Source: Mobula hypostoma (Eukaryota). Taken from it: DNA of 64,000 nucleotides. The first letter of the stretch is position 1, and each line of letters begins with the position of its first letter. The stretch covers positions 93,064,001 to 93,128,000 of the forward strand of contig NC_086097.1 in assembly GCF_963921235.1 (NCBI RefSeq), given 5' to 3'. The notes under the pieces were generated by a model that ran no database searches, was not told the origin of the DNA, and worked only from the letters and a program-made list of their open reading frames with translations. Position numbers and translations under genes: made by a program. Shown piece after piece: positions 37,099-49,973 of the stretch.

Positions 37099-40000
37099 CA
37101 CCTATTTTCTATGTTTCTAAGACAGAAAAGATAGATTTCAGGCATAATGAAATAATTGCACTGTGGCAAGAGCAAGCTAATACCATGGGTCTGACTGTGC
37201 AATCCTACAACTGTATATGGACAGAAGCTTGGATGATGATCTAGGAGTGTTCTTAAGTAGAGGCATAGCCAGTTCTCTCACTACCATACTTGTTCATCTG
37301 GCTGCACATGTTCTACAACTCCAATTAGTTTTTCCAGATGAAAGGCATAGTTGTGGGGACTTGCATGAGCCCAAGCTACCTCTTTTGTGGGAAACAAAGT
37401 AGTCTTTGTTTCATTTTACCTGTCCAATACCAGGCTGGCATATAAACAGCATCCCCACCACTGAAATCCCCCTAATCAACAGCTGCCTTTCCCTTTGCTT
37501 AATTCTACACTTTGGTTTCTTCCTCATTCCCTAATTTTGAGCTTTCTTCTCTGCTCCATTGCGAGGGCTTTGACGCTTGCAGGTATGAGAACCTTGTAGA
37601 CCAGCAGTTATCTCTGCCTGTCTGTTGAAATCCCCATCACTGCCACTTCTCAGCTTCCCTGGATCAAGACTGGAAAACCTCAATCCCACCATTAAATTTC
37701 TTCCTGCACCCTTGCTGTTCAGAGGAATTTTCCCCAGCCTTTAACGTACCATGCGTTGAAGCACCCTTTCTCTACAGCTGGTTTTTGGTTGACTGGGTTT
37801 TGTCCTCTCAATGGGATTTTCCCATTGCACAGGAAGCTGCCCCCTTCCCCAACTAATCTATTCATCTATACATTTCCTGACAATTTCCTTTATAACCACA
37901 GCAGATGTGACATGTGTTTCTTGCATGTTTGGTTGTCCAGAGGTCTTAATCCCCCCAATGGAAGGTGCATTTGTATGTATTCTGCTTTTAATTAAGTGTA
38001 TGCTACTCATGGCTTGACATAAGGTAAAATCCAAGATTACCTGTCTGTTAGATCACTCCTAGTAACTTGTCAATTCATCTCCCTTATTCCCATTCCTAAT
38101 ATATTTCAATTACTTCCTAATCAAGCCAAACTTTGCAAACTTTAGGGCAGTATTACATTTCCTTAACAGCATATAGCCTTGAGGTGCTGCCTATTTTTCT
38201 ATGTTGAGTGCTTCATTTTGGATCTGTACCAGCACCTTTCTGATGACTCCATTGCCTGAGTAATATTACCCAGAACACACTGTCCCTCGGTAATGATCAG
38301 GTCCTATTTTTGCAGATGTTCACAAGTCAATTTTGTTTGTCATGGGGGAAATTTGCAAAGAATCACTTAATACAGTAACAATGCTTCCACAGTATGATAA
38401 TGAATGGCATCAAAAACACAAGACTGGTAAGAAAGAACAGTTAGCAAAAATGGAAAGAGAGGAAACTAGTTTTGCTATGTGTAGGAACAAATGTACGTAC
38501 ATAAAAGTTTTAAATGTAATAGTATTTATGAGAGCTTGCTCATATGCACAGCTGTCTATAAATTTTACGTACATAAACCAAGGATGGTCTGTAGTTTTTC
38601 ACTCCTAACCAAGAACCTCTCCATGCCTTGTCTCTCTGACCGGAAGCTTTTTATTAAAATGACACTAGTGTTGGCAAAATGAATTTGCCAAGCCACTTTA
38701 AAGTGTACCACTCTATCTGGTGAAAATACTCCACAATGTTCTTAGGTGTGACTTCTAAGATTTCCAAGCAGCAGCAAAGGTTTGGTGATACATATCCAAA
38801 TTGTGAGTTGTGTGCTGTGGATGCTGAACCTCCTTCAGCTGACAGCCTAGCAAGCCACTAAGAGTTTGAGGTGCTGTCTAACAAGGCTTGGTAAGTTACT
38901 GTGGTAGATCTTGAAGATAAACCATGTTTTACCTTTGGCATTTGCCCTCTTCCCCCATTCACTTAAGTCCATCCTTTTTTATTTCTGGTTCCTTTTGGAT
39001 AGTTGTCCATTTATTGAGCTGTAAATTTTCAGCACCTTTTTCTTATTTGATATTTAGTTGTGTTATAACAGTCTTTAATCCCTTAGCTGTTTTCGTAATG
39101 AAACAGAATATAGCAACTGGTATGTGCAAAGTGGTCCCACAGTCAGCTACATGAACATGACTAGATTCCTTTATTGTTGGTATGTGTAATTCAGGAATAA
39201 GTATTGGTTGGGGAGGGCAGGGAATTGACCACCATTTGGAAGTGCTGCCTTTCCCCTATAACAATTATTGCCTCCTTGGAATTTGGCCAACCTCTCTTTC
39301 TATCTGGCTATCCAGCTGTTAGAGACCACCCAGTCAAAAACCTGCTCCCTCCTGTGATACTTTCTCCCAGCACTCCCCAATCAATTACATTCCAATTTAA
39401 CAAGGCCCATTGGGGTTTTGTCAGAAACTAAGTTAATTGTCAAAGACTGGGGGCTTGGCAATTAATTGACATAGAGATTTCATCTCTCCACAGATTCTAT
39501 GTAAAGAGACTCCCCACAAACTGAAGTGTACTGCCTGAAAGTGATTGAAACAACAGAAAAGAAATGGTTAATTATTTGGAAAAGAAAATTTGCATTACTA
39601 GGGGGAAAGAACAAGGAAGTAAAATTGACAAAGTCTCTTTCAAAGAATATGCATAAATCTGTTTATCCTAATGAACCTAAGTACTGTAAGATTCAATGAA
39701 CTGAAGTTTTCATCTGTAGTTTTAACATAGATTGCTGGTGGTCTAAACCCCCTGAATATTTAACAACAGAAAAACTAGAGCAGGCAAACTCTTTCTGGCC
39801 CTTGAAGTGATATGGCTGATCCACTTTCCCACATTATCTTGAAATACTTGAACATTCGTCATATTCCGACTCATTATCAACCTGTCATACTGAACTTTTG
39901 GGTTGAGAGAGAATTCCAGCATACTTTGAATGAAAAGAATGTCCAAAATGGTTCATCTTTAGACACTAACTTTTAGTTCAGGAAATACTGAAAAAGGAAA

Positions 40001-40711
40001 ATAAGTGTCTAAATATAAAACAAGCCCAGACCTTTAAAATTTGTGTGTGACAATGACATCATCTCTCATTCTCCTAAACTCCGGTAAATATAGACCCAAT
40101 TCTCTTCATAGGACACTCACTGCTAACTGCAACCCAGAAATCAACTTCTGCTGTTTTCTCTGTAAGGCCTTCTACTCTGCCCCAGCTGAACAGACCAAAA
40201 CTGAATGCAGTGCTCCAAGTATAGTCTCACTGAGGCTTCATATAACCGTTTGGAGATCTGTTTGTTTTTCAACTTCAATGCTTGGAAAATCACATCTCCA
40301 GTCTTTTAATGTTCCCAATTGTTCGCTGCATTTGCATGTTAAATTTCTGTGATTTAGGCACATAAACATTTAGGTCCCTCTGAATGGCAGGCAACATCTC
40401 CCCAGTCTATCATTTTTTTTAAATAACCCATATTTCTCCACATTATATTCCCATTTACACATTCATCACCTTACCTGTCTATATTCCCATGTAGCCTCTC
40501 TACACCTTCTTCACATCTCATTTTACGTCATTGAACTGTCCTAAGCACTGATTGTTGTGATTGTTGTAGTACCCCACATATTACACTCTACCAGCCTCTT
40601 GCCCTCCCCCCCCCCGCAAAATCCACTTATTCAAAATCTCTTCATTAATCCAATATTCAAGCTGTGCTGATGCTGTGCCCACAGTGATTTGATCCCATTT
40701 CTTAGAAATTG

Positions 40712-42280
40712 GACCATAAGATATAGGAGCAGAATTAGGCCATTTGGCCCATCGTCTTCTCCGCCATTCAATCATGGCTGATCCTTTTTTTCCCCTCCTC
40801 AGTCCCACTCCCCAGCCTTCTCCCCATAACCTCTAATGCCATAACCTCCAATCAAGAAGCTATCACTCTCTGCCTTAAATACACCCAATGATCTGGCCTT
40901 CACAGTTACTTATGATTACCACAAATTCACCACCCTCTGGCTAAAGAACTTTCTCTGAATCTCTGTTTTAAAATGGATGCCCCTCTATCCTGAGGCTGTG
41001 CCTTCTTGACCTAGACTCCCCCACCATGGGAAACATACTTTCCACATCTATTCTGTCTACGCCTTTCAAAATTCAAAAGATTTCAATGAGATCCCACCCT
41101 CATCCTTCTAAATTCTAGTGAGTACAGACCCAAAGCCATCAAATGTTCCTCGTGTGATAACCCTTTCATTCCTGGAATCATCCTTGTGAGCCTCCTCTGA
41201 ACCCTCTACAATTCCAATACATCTTTTCTTAGAAGCCCTAAACTATTCACAATACTCAGGTGAGGCCTCACCAGTGCCTTACAAAGCTTTGGCATCACAT
41301 CCTTGCTCTAGTATTCTAAACCTCTTGAAATAAATACTAACATTGCATTTGCCGCCTTCATCAACTCTACCTGCAAGTTAAACTTTAGCTTGTTCTGCAT
41401 AAGGACTCCCAACTCCCTTTGCTTCTCAGATTTTTGGATTTTCTCCCAATGTAGAGGATAGTCTGCACATTCTACTATCAAAGTGCATGGCCATGCATTT
41501 TCCAACATTGTATTTCACTTGCCACTTTCTTGCCCATTCTCCTAATCTGTATAAGTCCTTCTACATCCTACCTGTTTCCTCAACACTACCTGCCCCTCCA
41601 CCAATCTTCATGTCATCTGCTAACTTGGTAACAAAGCCATTTATTCCATCATTTACATAATTGATATGCAGCATAAAAAATGGTCCCAACACCGACCCCT
41701 GTGGAACACCACTAGTCACTGGGAGTCAACCAAAAAAAGAGTCCTTGTATTCCCACACGCTGCCTCCTACCAATTAGCCAATGCCGGAAACTTTCCTGTA
41801 ATACCTTATAAGCAGCCTCATATGTGGCACCTTGTCAAAAGCCTTCTGAAAGTCCAAATATGCAACATCTACTTCATATCCTTTATCTATCCTAGTTGTA
41901 ATCTCCTCAAAGAATTCCAACAAGTTCATCAGACAAGATTTTCCCTTAAGAAAACCATAATGACTTTGTCCTATCTTGTCTTATGTCACCAAGTACTCAT
42001 AACCTCACCCTTAACAATTTACTCCAACATCTTCCCAACCACTGAGGTCAGGCTAACTGGTCTATAATTTCCTTTCTACTACCTTCCTCCTCCCTTAAAA
42101 AGAGGAGTGACATTTGCAATTTCCAGTCCACTGGTACCATGCTAGAATCCAATAATTTTTGAAAGATCATTAACAATGCCTCCCCAGTCTCTACCGCTAC
42201 CTCTTTCAGAACCCTGGAGTGCAGTTCATCTGATCCGGGTGACTTATGTACCCTTGGGTCTTTCAGCTTTTTTAGTACCT
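40712..42280 (-). mobile_element. CR1 LINE, 5'-truncated, degraded
   Basis: Tail cataagatatagg; minus-strand RGLEY and NYRPVSLTSVVGKMLE motifs. Confidence 0.85.
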
Positions 42281-43129
42281 TCTGATTTAATGCTATTCTT
42301 TACCAGCAGAGGCATGCCATCCCCTCTGCCAATCTTGTATGATTTTACAAAAATATAAATATACTACAAGCCCCATCTGGTAATTAGAACTCGAACAAAT
42401 TTATCTGATGCTTCTAATGTTGACTCTACTGAAATGTATTACAATATTTCCCTGTTTCTGTCTCCACAATGTTTTAATGTTTTAATGTTTTCCCTGGCAG
42501 TAATGTCATGTTTTTTATTAAAGTAATTTTCTGTCCAACAATTTTCAATGGCGTTAAGGTTACTAATTCTCCCCATATGGTCCTGAACTGCAGAATGATT
42601 TATCTCTCAGGTTTCCAGGAGAGAAATCTTCATACTGGTTGCATTTCTGTGAGCTGTGAACGGTGTAGGGCGAAAACTGGAAAGTTTAGTGATGAACATT
42701 AGATGGCAGGAAGGATTTGTTCGAGATGTGTTCCAGTAACAGGGCCTTCCAGTCACATCACCCAATGACACCCATGCAATCAATTAACCTACTAACCCAT
42801 ACGTCTTTGGAATGTTGGAGGAAAGCATAGGAGATTCTAAGTAATTAAATAATGTATACATAATATTTATAATACCACATTGCATAAATAGGATGTGTAT
42901 CTGAAGAGGCAGTGGGAACATTAAAGCAGTTTTATCATGCAAAGAGGAAGATCTTTTGCTTCATCAGTCCCTTTGCTTCATTAACATAATGACCTAAATT
43001 TGGAAATACAAGCATCATTTCAAAGTTTGCCAAGTAATAGCAAAACTCTTAGATTATTAAGTCTGGAAAATACCAATGGTTTTCAGAAAAGGCATGAGAC
43101 AGCTAACGTTGTGGAGTAAATTTAGCCGG

Positions 43130-43710
43130 GAAGATGAACAACAACACTATGAACCAAATGGTATAATGTTAAAAAGAGGTATAGGGACATGACCTGAAGT
43201 GTTCATTCCCAAATCTTTGAAGGTGGAAGGTTGATGAAAGGTGTGTGGAATTATTGGTGTTATTAACAGAGGCATTGAATGTAAAAGCAAAGCAGTTCTG
43301 CTGAAACTTAGAGCCGAGCTGGGTGTTGTGTCCATTTCCGGGGATAACCCTGCAGGGAACATCTAGAAGTGCAGAGAGCATTGTCTGGAATTGGCAAGAG
43401 ATAAAAGGCTTCAGTAAGCCTTTATGACTCAAATGAGGGGACATAGCCTCAAGATTCGGGGAGTAGATTTAGGATGGAGATGAGGAGGAACTGCTTTTTC
43501 CAGAGAGTGGTGAAGCAGTGGAGGCTACCTCAGTATTTAAGACAAGGTTGGATAGATCTTTGTGTAGTAGGGAAATTAAGGGTAATGGGGCGAAAAGGCA
43601 GGTAGGTGGAGATAAGTCCATAGACAGATCAGCCATGATCTTATTGAATGGTGGAGCAGGCTCAACGGGCCGGATGGCCAACTCCTGCCCCTGTTTCTTA
43701 TGTTCTTATG
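43130..43710 (+). mobile_element. Degraded CR1 3' fragment(s)
   Basis: RGHSLKIRGSRFR..FKTRLDR motifs; ttcttatgttcttatg tail. Confidence 0.7.
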
Positions 43711-43831
43711 TGAGCATGGAAATTATAGAAGAGGAACAGCTAAAAGGGAGAAAACATTCAATAATCTGAATTAAGGTTATTATATAAAATATAATTTTCT
43801 TATTTTAAAATGATATAAATAAAAATAAATG

Positions 43832-44354
43832 CATTCAGTGGCCACTTTATTAGGTACGTCTTGTATTTAATAAAGTGGCCACTGAGTGTTTGTGGTCTTC
43901 TGCTGCTGAAGCCCATCGACGTGTCATGTGTTCAGAGATGTTCTTCAACACATCACCATTGTAACGTGTGGTTATTTGAGTTACTATCACCTTCCAGTCA
44001 GCTCGAATCAGTCTGAAAGTTGTGTTCCATCCTCTCTAATTGACTAGGGGTTTTCACCCACAGACCTGCCCCTCACTGGATGTGTTTTGTTTCTTGCATC
44101 ATTCTCTGAAAACTCTAGGGACTGTTTTGTGTGAAAATCCCAGGAGGTCAGCAGTTTCTGGGATACTCAAACAACCCCATCTGGCACCAGCAATCGTTCT
44201 TCGGTCAAAGTCACTTCTTCCCCATTCTGATGTTTACTCTGAATAACAACTGAATCACTTGACCACGTCTGCATGCTTTTGTGCATTGAGTTGCTGCCAC
44301 GTGATTAGATATTTGCATTAATGGAGTTGTACCTAATAAAATGGCCATTGAGTG
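43832..44354 (-). mobile_element. Non-autonomous Tc1-family element with an extra internal TIR
   Basis: CATTCAGTGGCCACTTTATTAGGTAC at 43832, an inverted TIR copy ending at 43888, and the terminal TIR ending at 44354 followed by TA. Confidence 0.8.
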
Positions 44355-45628
44355 TATATTACAAAATTATGAAAATAAAGGTAAACGAAGGGTCATCTGA
44401 AAGAATGGTGGAAGGAAGTGGTTCCTTTGGCTTCCCAGTACCTCACCTAACCATTGCAAGCACTGTGTTTGCATTATCTCATAATCCTTTGCATTTGAGA
44501 CACTTGCTGGACTGGAACAGGAATCCTGTCCCCACATTGTGACCCTTTCCGCATGTAAAACTGCTCCGTGACACACTCCCTCAGGTGTTGTCTCCTGGTG
44601 ACGATCTTCACTGCACATAACAGAGCAACACTGAAGGTCCTGACTGAAAGCAAATTGTTTCGGGACGACTGTTGGAGAGCCAGAAATTCATATTCCAGGG
44701 ACTGCTTGTCCCAAGGTTCTGGTCTGTTCAGCACTCTGCATAATGGCGGAACTTGTAAGTAAAATATCAGAGAGCCTGGCCGCTCCTGAAATATTTCTTT
44801 CCATTCAGAACAACCCCAGTTCAGTACAGCTGCATTTCCAACGCCGCTGTTTTCTGGACAAGATATTAATCCGAGGCACTCGGGTAGAGGGAAAGGGTGG
44901 CCTGAGAAAGGCTCTAACTATTGACTTAAAGGACAAGGAAGAGGTTTAGTGGAAGGAATGCCAGAGCTTTCTCTAATCATTTGAGGGTGCCAGTGGGGGT
45001 TGGGAATACAGACAGAAGCAGACTAGGTTAAGAGCAGACTATGATTTTGCTTCAATGTACACACACTTGGATCAGTGGGGAATAGTTTTTATTTTTTGTC
45101 CATTTTGCATCTCCAGTTGCACTCATAACTTCAAGAAAGGCAGTGAGGTGTTGAGAGTGAGAGAAAATAGGGGAAAGCCATGAGTGTGCAAGGGTAGTTA
45201 ATTGTCAGATTTCACTCTCTGTACTGGAGGCACCGAGACTGCAGATGCAGGAATCCAGAGCTAAAGCAAATCACTGGAAGAACTCGGCAAGTCAGGCAGC
45301 ATCTGTGGAGAGCAATGGTCAGTTGAAGTTTCAGGACAAGACCCTTCATCTGGACTGAAAGATAGGGCAGAGGTGGTCAGTATAAAATGGTGAATGGAAG
45401 GGCAAGTATTTGGTGGATCTGGGTGAGGGGAGAGATGGGGAGAAGGGGGGCGAGAACATCAGTCTGGATAGGTGGAGGCAACAACGGGCGGCATATGATT
45501 AAATCTGGTAGGAAAGGAAGGTAGAGCATGGAGCCAAACAAGGGAAATGGGTGAGTGGAGGAAGGGGTGGGTTGGATTGATAAGGAAAAGGGGGATATAA
45601 AGGATAGATTTCCATCAGAGTTCTTCTA

Positions 45629-45668
45629 GCAGTTCTGACGAAGGGTCTCGGCCTGAAACGTCGACTGC
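45629..45668 (+). ncRNA. Minimal type I hammerhead ribozyme motif (Penelope pLTR-derived)
   Basis: GCAGTT-CTGACGA-AGG GTCTCGG CCT-GAAAC-GTC^GACTGC: intact CUGANGA/GAAA core, 3-bp stem II, 6-bp stem I (one G:U), loopless palindromic ACGT stem III, GUC cleavage triplet. Confidence 0.75.
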
Positions 45669-46039
45669 GCCTCTTCCTATAGATGCTGCCTGGCCTGCTG
45701 CGTTCACCAGCAACTTTGATGTGTGTTGCTTGAATTTCCAGCATCTGCAGAATTCCTGTTGTTTTCTTCTAGCAGTTTGTTGTTTTGTTCTGTAATGGTT
45801 TCTTTCTGTGAGAAGTGCAGAATCCATTTCCCAACACTCTGCAGGTTCTGGTGAAGCCTTCCAGGGTATAGACCCAGTGATGGTGAAAGGACGGTGGCAT
45901 ATTTATAAGTGAGTGAATGGTGTGTCCAGCCCTTCCAGGTTAAACCAGCGCGGCAGGAATGGGGAGCTTGAAGGAGCTTTGGCAAGCAACAGCAGTACAG
46001 CCATGGTGCAGAGGTAGGAATGAATATTGGCACTTAGTC

Positions 46040-46610
46040 AGAATCATACAGCACTACAGCACAGAAACAGGCCCTTTGGCCCATCGAGTCTAGGCCAAAA
46101 TATGATTCTACCTAGTCCCATCGACCTGAACCATATCCTTCCATGTCCTTCTCATCCATGTACTTTTAAATGATTGAAATCTTTTCTTCTCAGCTGAAAT
46201 CAAATGACTCTTAAATACTGAAATCAAATTTGCATGCACTATTTCCACTAGCAGCTTGTGCCATGTTCTCACTTCCCTCTGAGTAAAGAGGTTCCCTCTC
46301 GTGTTCCCCTTAAATATTTCACCTTTCATTCTTAACCCAGGACCCTTAGTTCTAGTCTCACTCAACCTCAGTGGAAGAAGCCTGCTGGCATTCACCCTAT
46401 CTATACCCCTCATAATTATGTATACCTCTATCAAATCTCCCCTCATTCTGTGCTCCAGGGAATAAAGTCCTTTTCCCTATAACTCAGATCCTCAAGTCCT
46501 GGCAGTGTCCTAGCAGATTTTCTCTGTACTCGTTCAATATTATTGATCTCTTTCCTGGAGACAGGTGACCCATTAAAGTGCACGATACTCCAAATTAGGC
46601 CTTACGAACA
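46040..46610 (-). mobile_element. CR1 3' fragment
   Basis: ORF 46108-46446 MRGDLIEVYIIMRGIDRVN..; same subfamily as 8667-10638. Confidence 0.85.
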
Positions 46611-48474
46611 TCGGCAACGTCTTTCATCCAAGCAAGTGGAGGGTATACCATCATGGCTCATGAAGTTTGCAGTGGGAGTGAATGCTTCAGGCTTTTTAGA
46701 GGCACAGGATGCCCGGCCTCTGTAACTCTTACAGACCCACTATTCACGGTCCAACTGAATTTCTCCCAGTGGTAGCCCGGGATGGCTGTGGTAGTAGCTG
46801 TATGTGTAGCAGGTGCTGCTAAAAGGGTCTCAGCAGGTTGCAGTGGGGAGATGATGAAAACCATGTTCACCAGTAAGTAACAGCAGGGACAAAATAAGAA
46901 GAATCCCTCAGCCTTCCCTCTTTCTGAGCTGCAGAACTATCTGTTTCTGAGGAAGTCCTGCCTGGATTGAAATGTAGTTTGCTGGCTGAGCCCTGTCCCA
47001 TTTCTGGTTCCGAGGTTGGTGGTGGTGAACCATGGCGGGGGCAGCATCCACCTGCTTATGAACACAGCTGGCAGAATCCTGTGGTTGCCCAGGGTCCTGA
47101 CTCGTCTCTCCTGCTCTCCTGTCCGTTTGCAATGTTGGTCTCCTCTCACAGCTGAAGTCCCATCTACAGAACCAACATGGTTATTCCTGGACATTTCCAG
47201 GTATGATCCTACCGCCCAGCTTTCTGGAAGCCTACAGATGGCACAGAGAGATACTGTTGGGATTCGAATCCCTGCTGGCTCACTATAAAGCAGTCGATGG
47301 AAAGAGGCAAAATGAAAAAGGGGTCTTTGGCCAACAAAGCCCACACTGATCCGGTATTTCAAGCTGATCTTACAACAAACCCATTTTATTCTCCCACAAT
47401 TCCATCAACTCCCCACAGATTCCACCACTCACCTGACCAGGATGACTTGTGTAGGCCACTTCAGCTACTAAACCATACATCTTTGTGACATGGGGTGAAA
47501 TTAGAGTACCTGCAAACTTTACACAGACAGACAGACACAGCAGCTGAGCTGGGATTAGCTCCGGTGCTACCAGACAGCAGCTCTACAAGCTGATCCATTC
47601 AGTCCAGTCCCATTCCCTCTTCAGTCCCAGTCCCAGTCCCAGTCCCATTCCCTACCTCTCTCACTGCAACCCTAGAACCTACCCTCTTCCCTTCTGATGC
47701 CCCAATAGACTGTAGCCACCACCCCCTGCACTACAGATTGATTGGTCTAGATCATAGTCACTGCACGAAAGATTTTTCCTCACTGTTTCTTTTTCCCATC
47801 ACTTTGAATCTAAGTTGTCAGATCATGTTCCAAGTGGAGTAGCTTCTCCATGCTTATGGACACCCTGTACATATGAACCAGTGTTTGGGAGACAGGTGGA
47901 CGCTGTGGGGCTGCAGTCACCTTCGGCTCAGTGCAAACGGCTTCCCACCCACCGAGCCACGACACTCGGAGGCCGGACTGAGCCGAGCCAAGCAGAGCTG
48001 GGCAGCGCTCGGCAGACCCGCTTGCTGAGACTGGCTGGCTGGCATTCGCCCCTCCCACGCCTGCTCACTCTCCTGCCACAGCTGTTTCCATGATCCTCTC
48101 CCACATAATCTTCGTTCCTTATGAACAGCTCAGGTTACAAACGATTCTCGGGAATGGAACCCTTTTGTAACCTAAGGACTTGCTGCAGTAGATAAGATTC
48201 AACTGTGATCTTTTCCCTCTCCATCCGATCTACTTGAGAGCTGCTTTATTCTAAGGCAGTCACCCCCAGGTTCTCCACTCCAAATCATTCAGCTGGAGAC
48301 CTCATCCCAGAAAACATTCCTGTAAATCTTCTGTGCAATAATCATCTAATTTACCAGCCTCTCCAAATGGACAAATTACCTTAGTTGTGCTCTAATTCTT
48401 TGATCTTTTTGTTTCTGGAGCTGTGTGTGATGCTGCTGCAGAAAAGTGTTACATTGCACCTGTGCAGAAATGTG

Positions 48475-48865
48475 TATGTTCAAGATTGTTTACTGTCGCT
48501 GCCGGTAACAGAGAATGAAATAATTGTTACTCTGGATTCGAAGCAGCACAAAGAACATATTAAGAACACAATAAATATAAGTATATAAGAAAGCTTGCAT
48601 ACATAAAGTGACATTAGGCACAGGAGCGTCTGTACATAAGGTGACTCTGACAGGAAATGATGAAGTAATGGCGGAGGTGTGTGGGTGTGATGGAGGGTTT
48701 AATGGGTGGAGGTGTTGATCAGCTTTGCTGTTTGGGGAAAGTGACTGTTTCCGAGTCTGCTGGTCCTAGTGTGGGTGCTGTGTAGCCTCCTCGCTGACGG
48801 GAGTGGGACAATCACTCCATGAGGAGGGTGGGTGGGATCCTTCATGATGTTACTGGCCCTTTTAA
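48475..48865 (-). mobile_element. Rex-type LINE 3' end (second copy at 56460-56865)
   Basis: IMKDPTHPPHG..PLPSARR..FPQ; ttcaagattg tail. Confidence 0.7.
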
Positions 48866-48900
48866 CTTTTGACAGTAAATTTGACTTTGACAAGCTTTAT

Positions 48901-48911
48901 TGAAGTTCACC

Positions 48912-48945
<34 letters not shown>

Positions 48946-49973
48946 CTCACTCTCTCACTCACACACCACGCGCACACTCGCACACACTCCCCCCCCCTCC
49001 CCTCCATGAATCCTAGGACCATGAAGTTCACCATAACTCACTCACTCACTCACTCACTCACTCTCACACTCACACACTCTCTCACACACACACTCCCTCC
49101 CCTCCATGAATCCTAGGACCATGAAGTTCACCATACCACACACACACACTCACACTCGCTCACACTCGCACACGCGCACACACACTCACACTCACACTCA
49201 CTCCCCCTCCCCCTCCCCTCCATGAATCCTAGGACCATGAAGTTCACCATACTACACACACACACTCACACTTGCTCACACGCGCACACACGCACTCACT
49301 CCCCCCTCCCCCTCCCCTCCATGAATCCTAGGACCATGAAGTTCACCATAACTCACTCACTCACTCACTCACTCACTCTCACACTCACACACTCTCACAC
49401 ACACACACACTCCCCCCTCCCTCCCCTCCATGAATCCTAGGACCATGAAGTTCACCATACCACACACACACTCACACTCGCTCACACTCGCTCACACGCG
49501 CACACACGCACACACTCACACTCACACTCACACTCACACTCACACTCACTCCCCCCTCCCCCTCCCCTCCATGAATCCTAGGACCATGAAGTTCACCGTA
49601 CCCCCCACACACACACACACACACACTCTCACTCACACACCACACACACACTCGCACACACACGCACACACCACACACACACACACTCACACACCACGCA
49701 CACACTCGCACACACACCACACGCACACGCGCATGCACGCACACACACCGCGCACGCACGCACACACCGCACGCACGCACACACCGCACACGCGCACGCA
49801 TGCGCACACACACCGCACACGCGCACGCACGCACACACACCGCACACGCGCACGCACACACACTGCACGCGCGCGCACGCGCACTCACACTCACACCACG
49901 CACGCACACTCACACTCACACTCACACACACACTCACCCCCCCTCCCCCTCCCCTCCATGAATCCTAGGACCA
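48901..49973. repeat. Seven-unit array: constant core flanking variable CA/CACT/CGCA microsatellite
   Basis: Unit is TGAAGTTCACC(A/G)TA-(CA-rich)-CCCCTCCATGAATCCTAGGACCA, starting near 48901, 49022, 49122, 49238, 49337, 49446 and 49587. Confidence 0.95.

Noticed and set aside
47255..47276. tRNA gene suggested by the TTCGAATCC B-box-like motif
   Set aside because: No A box or cloverleaf visible; only a palindrome.
48901..49973. CRISPR array
   Set aside because: Vertebrate context, no cas genes, and the spacers are microsatellites of very unequal length that are related to one another.
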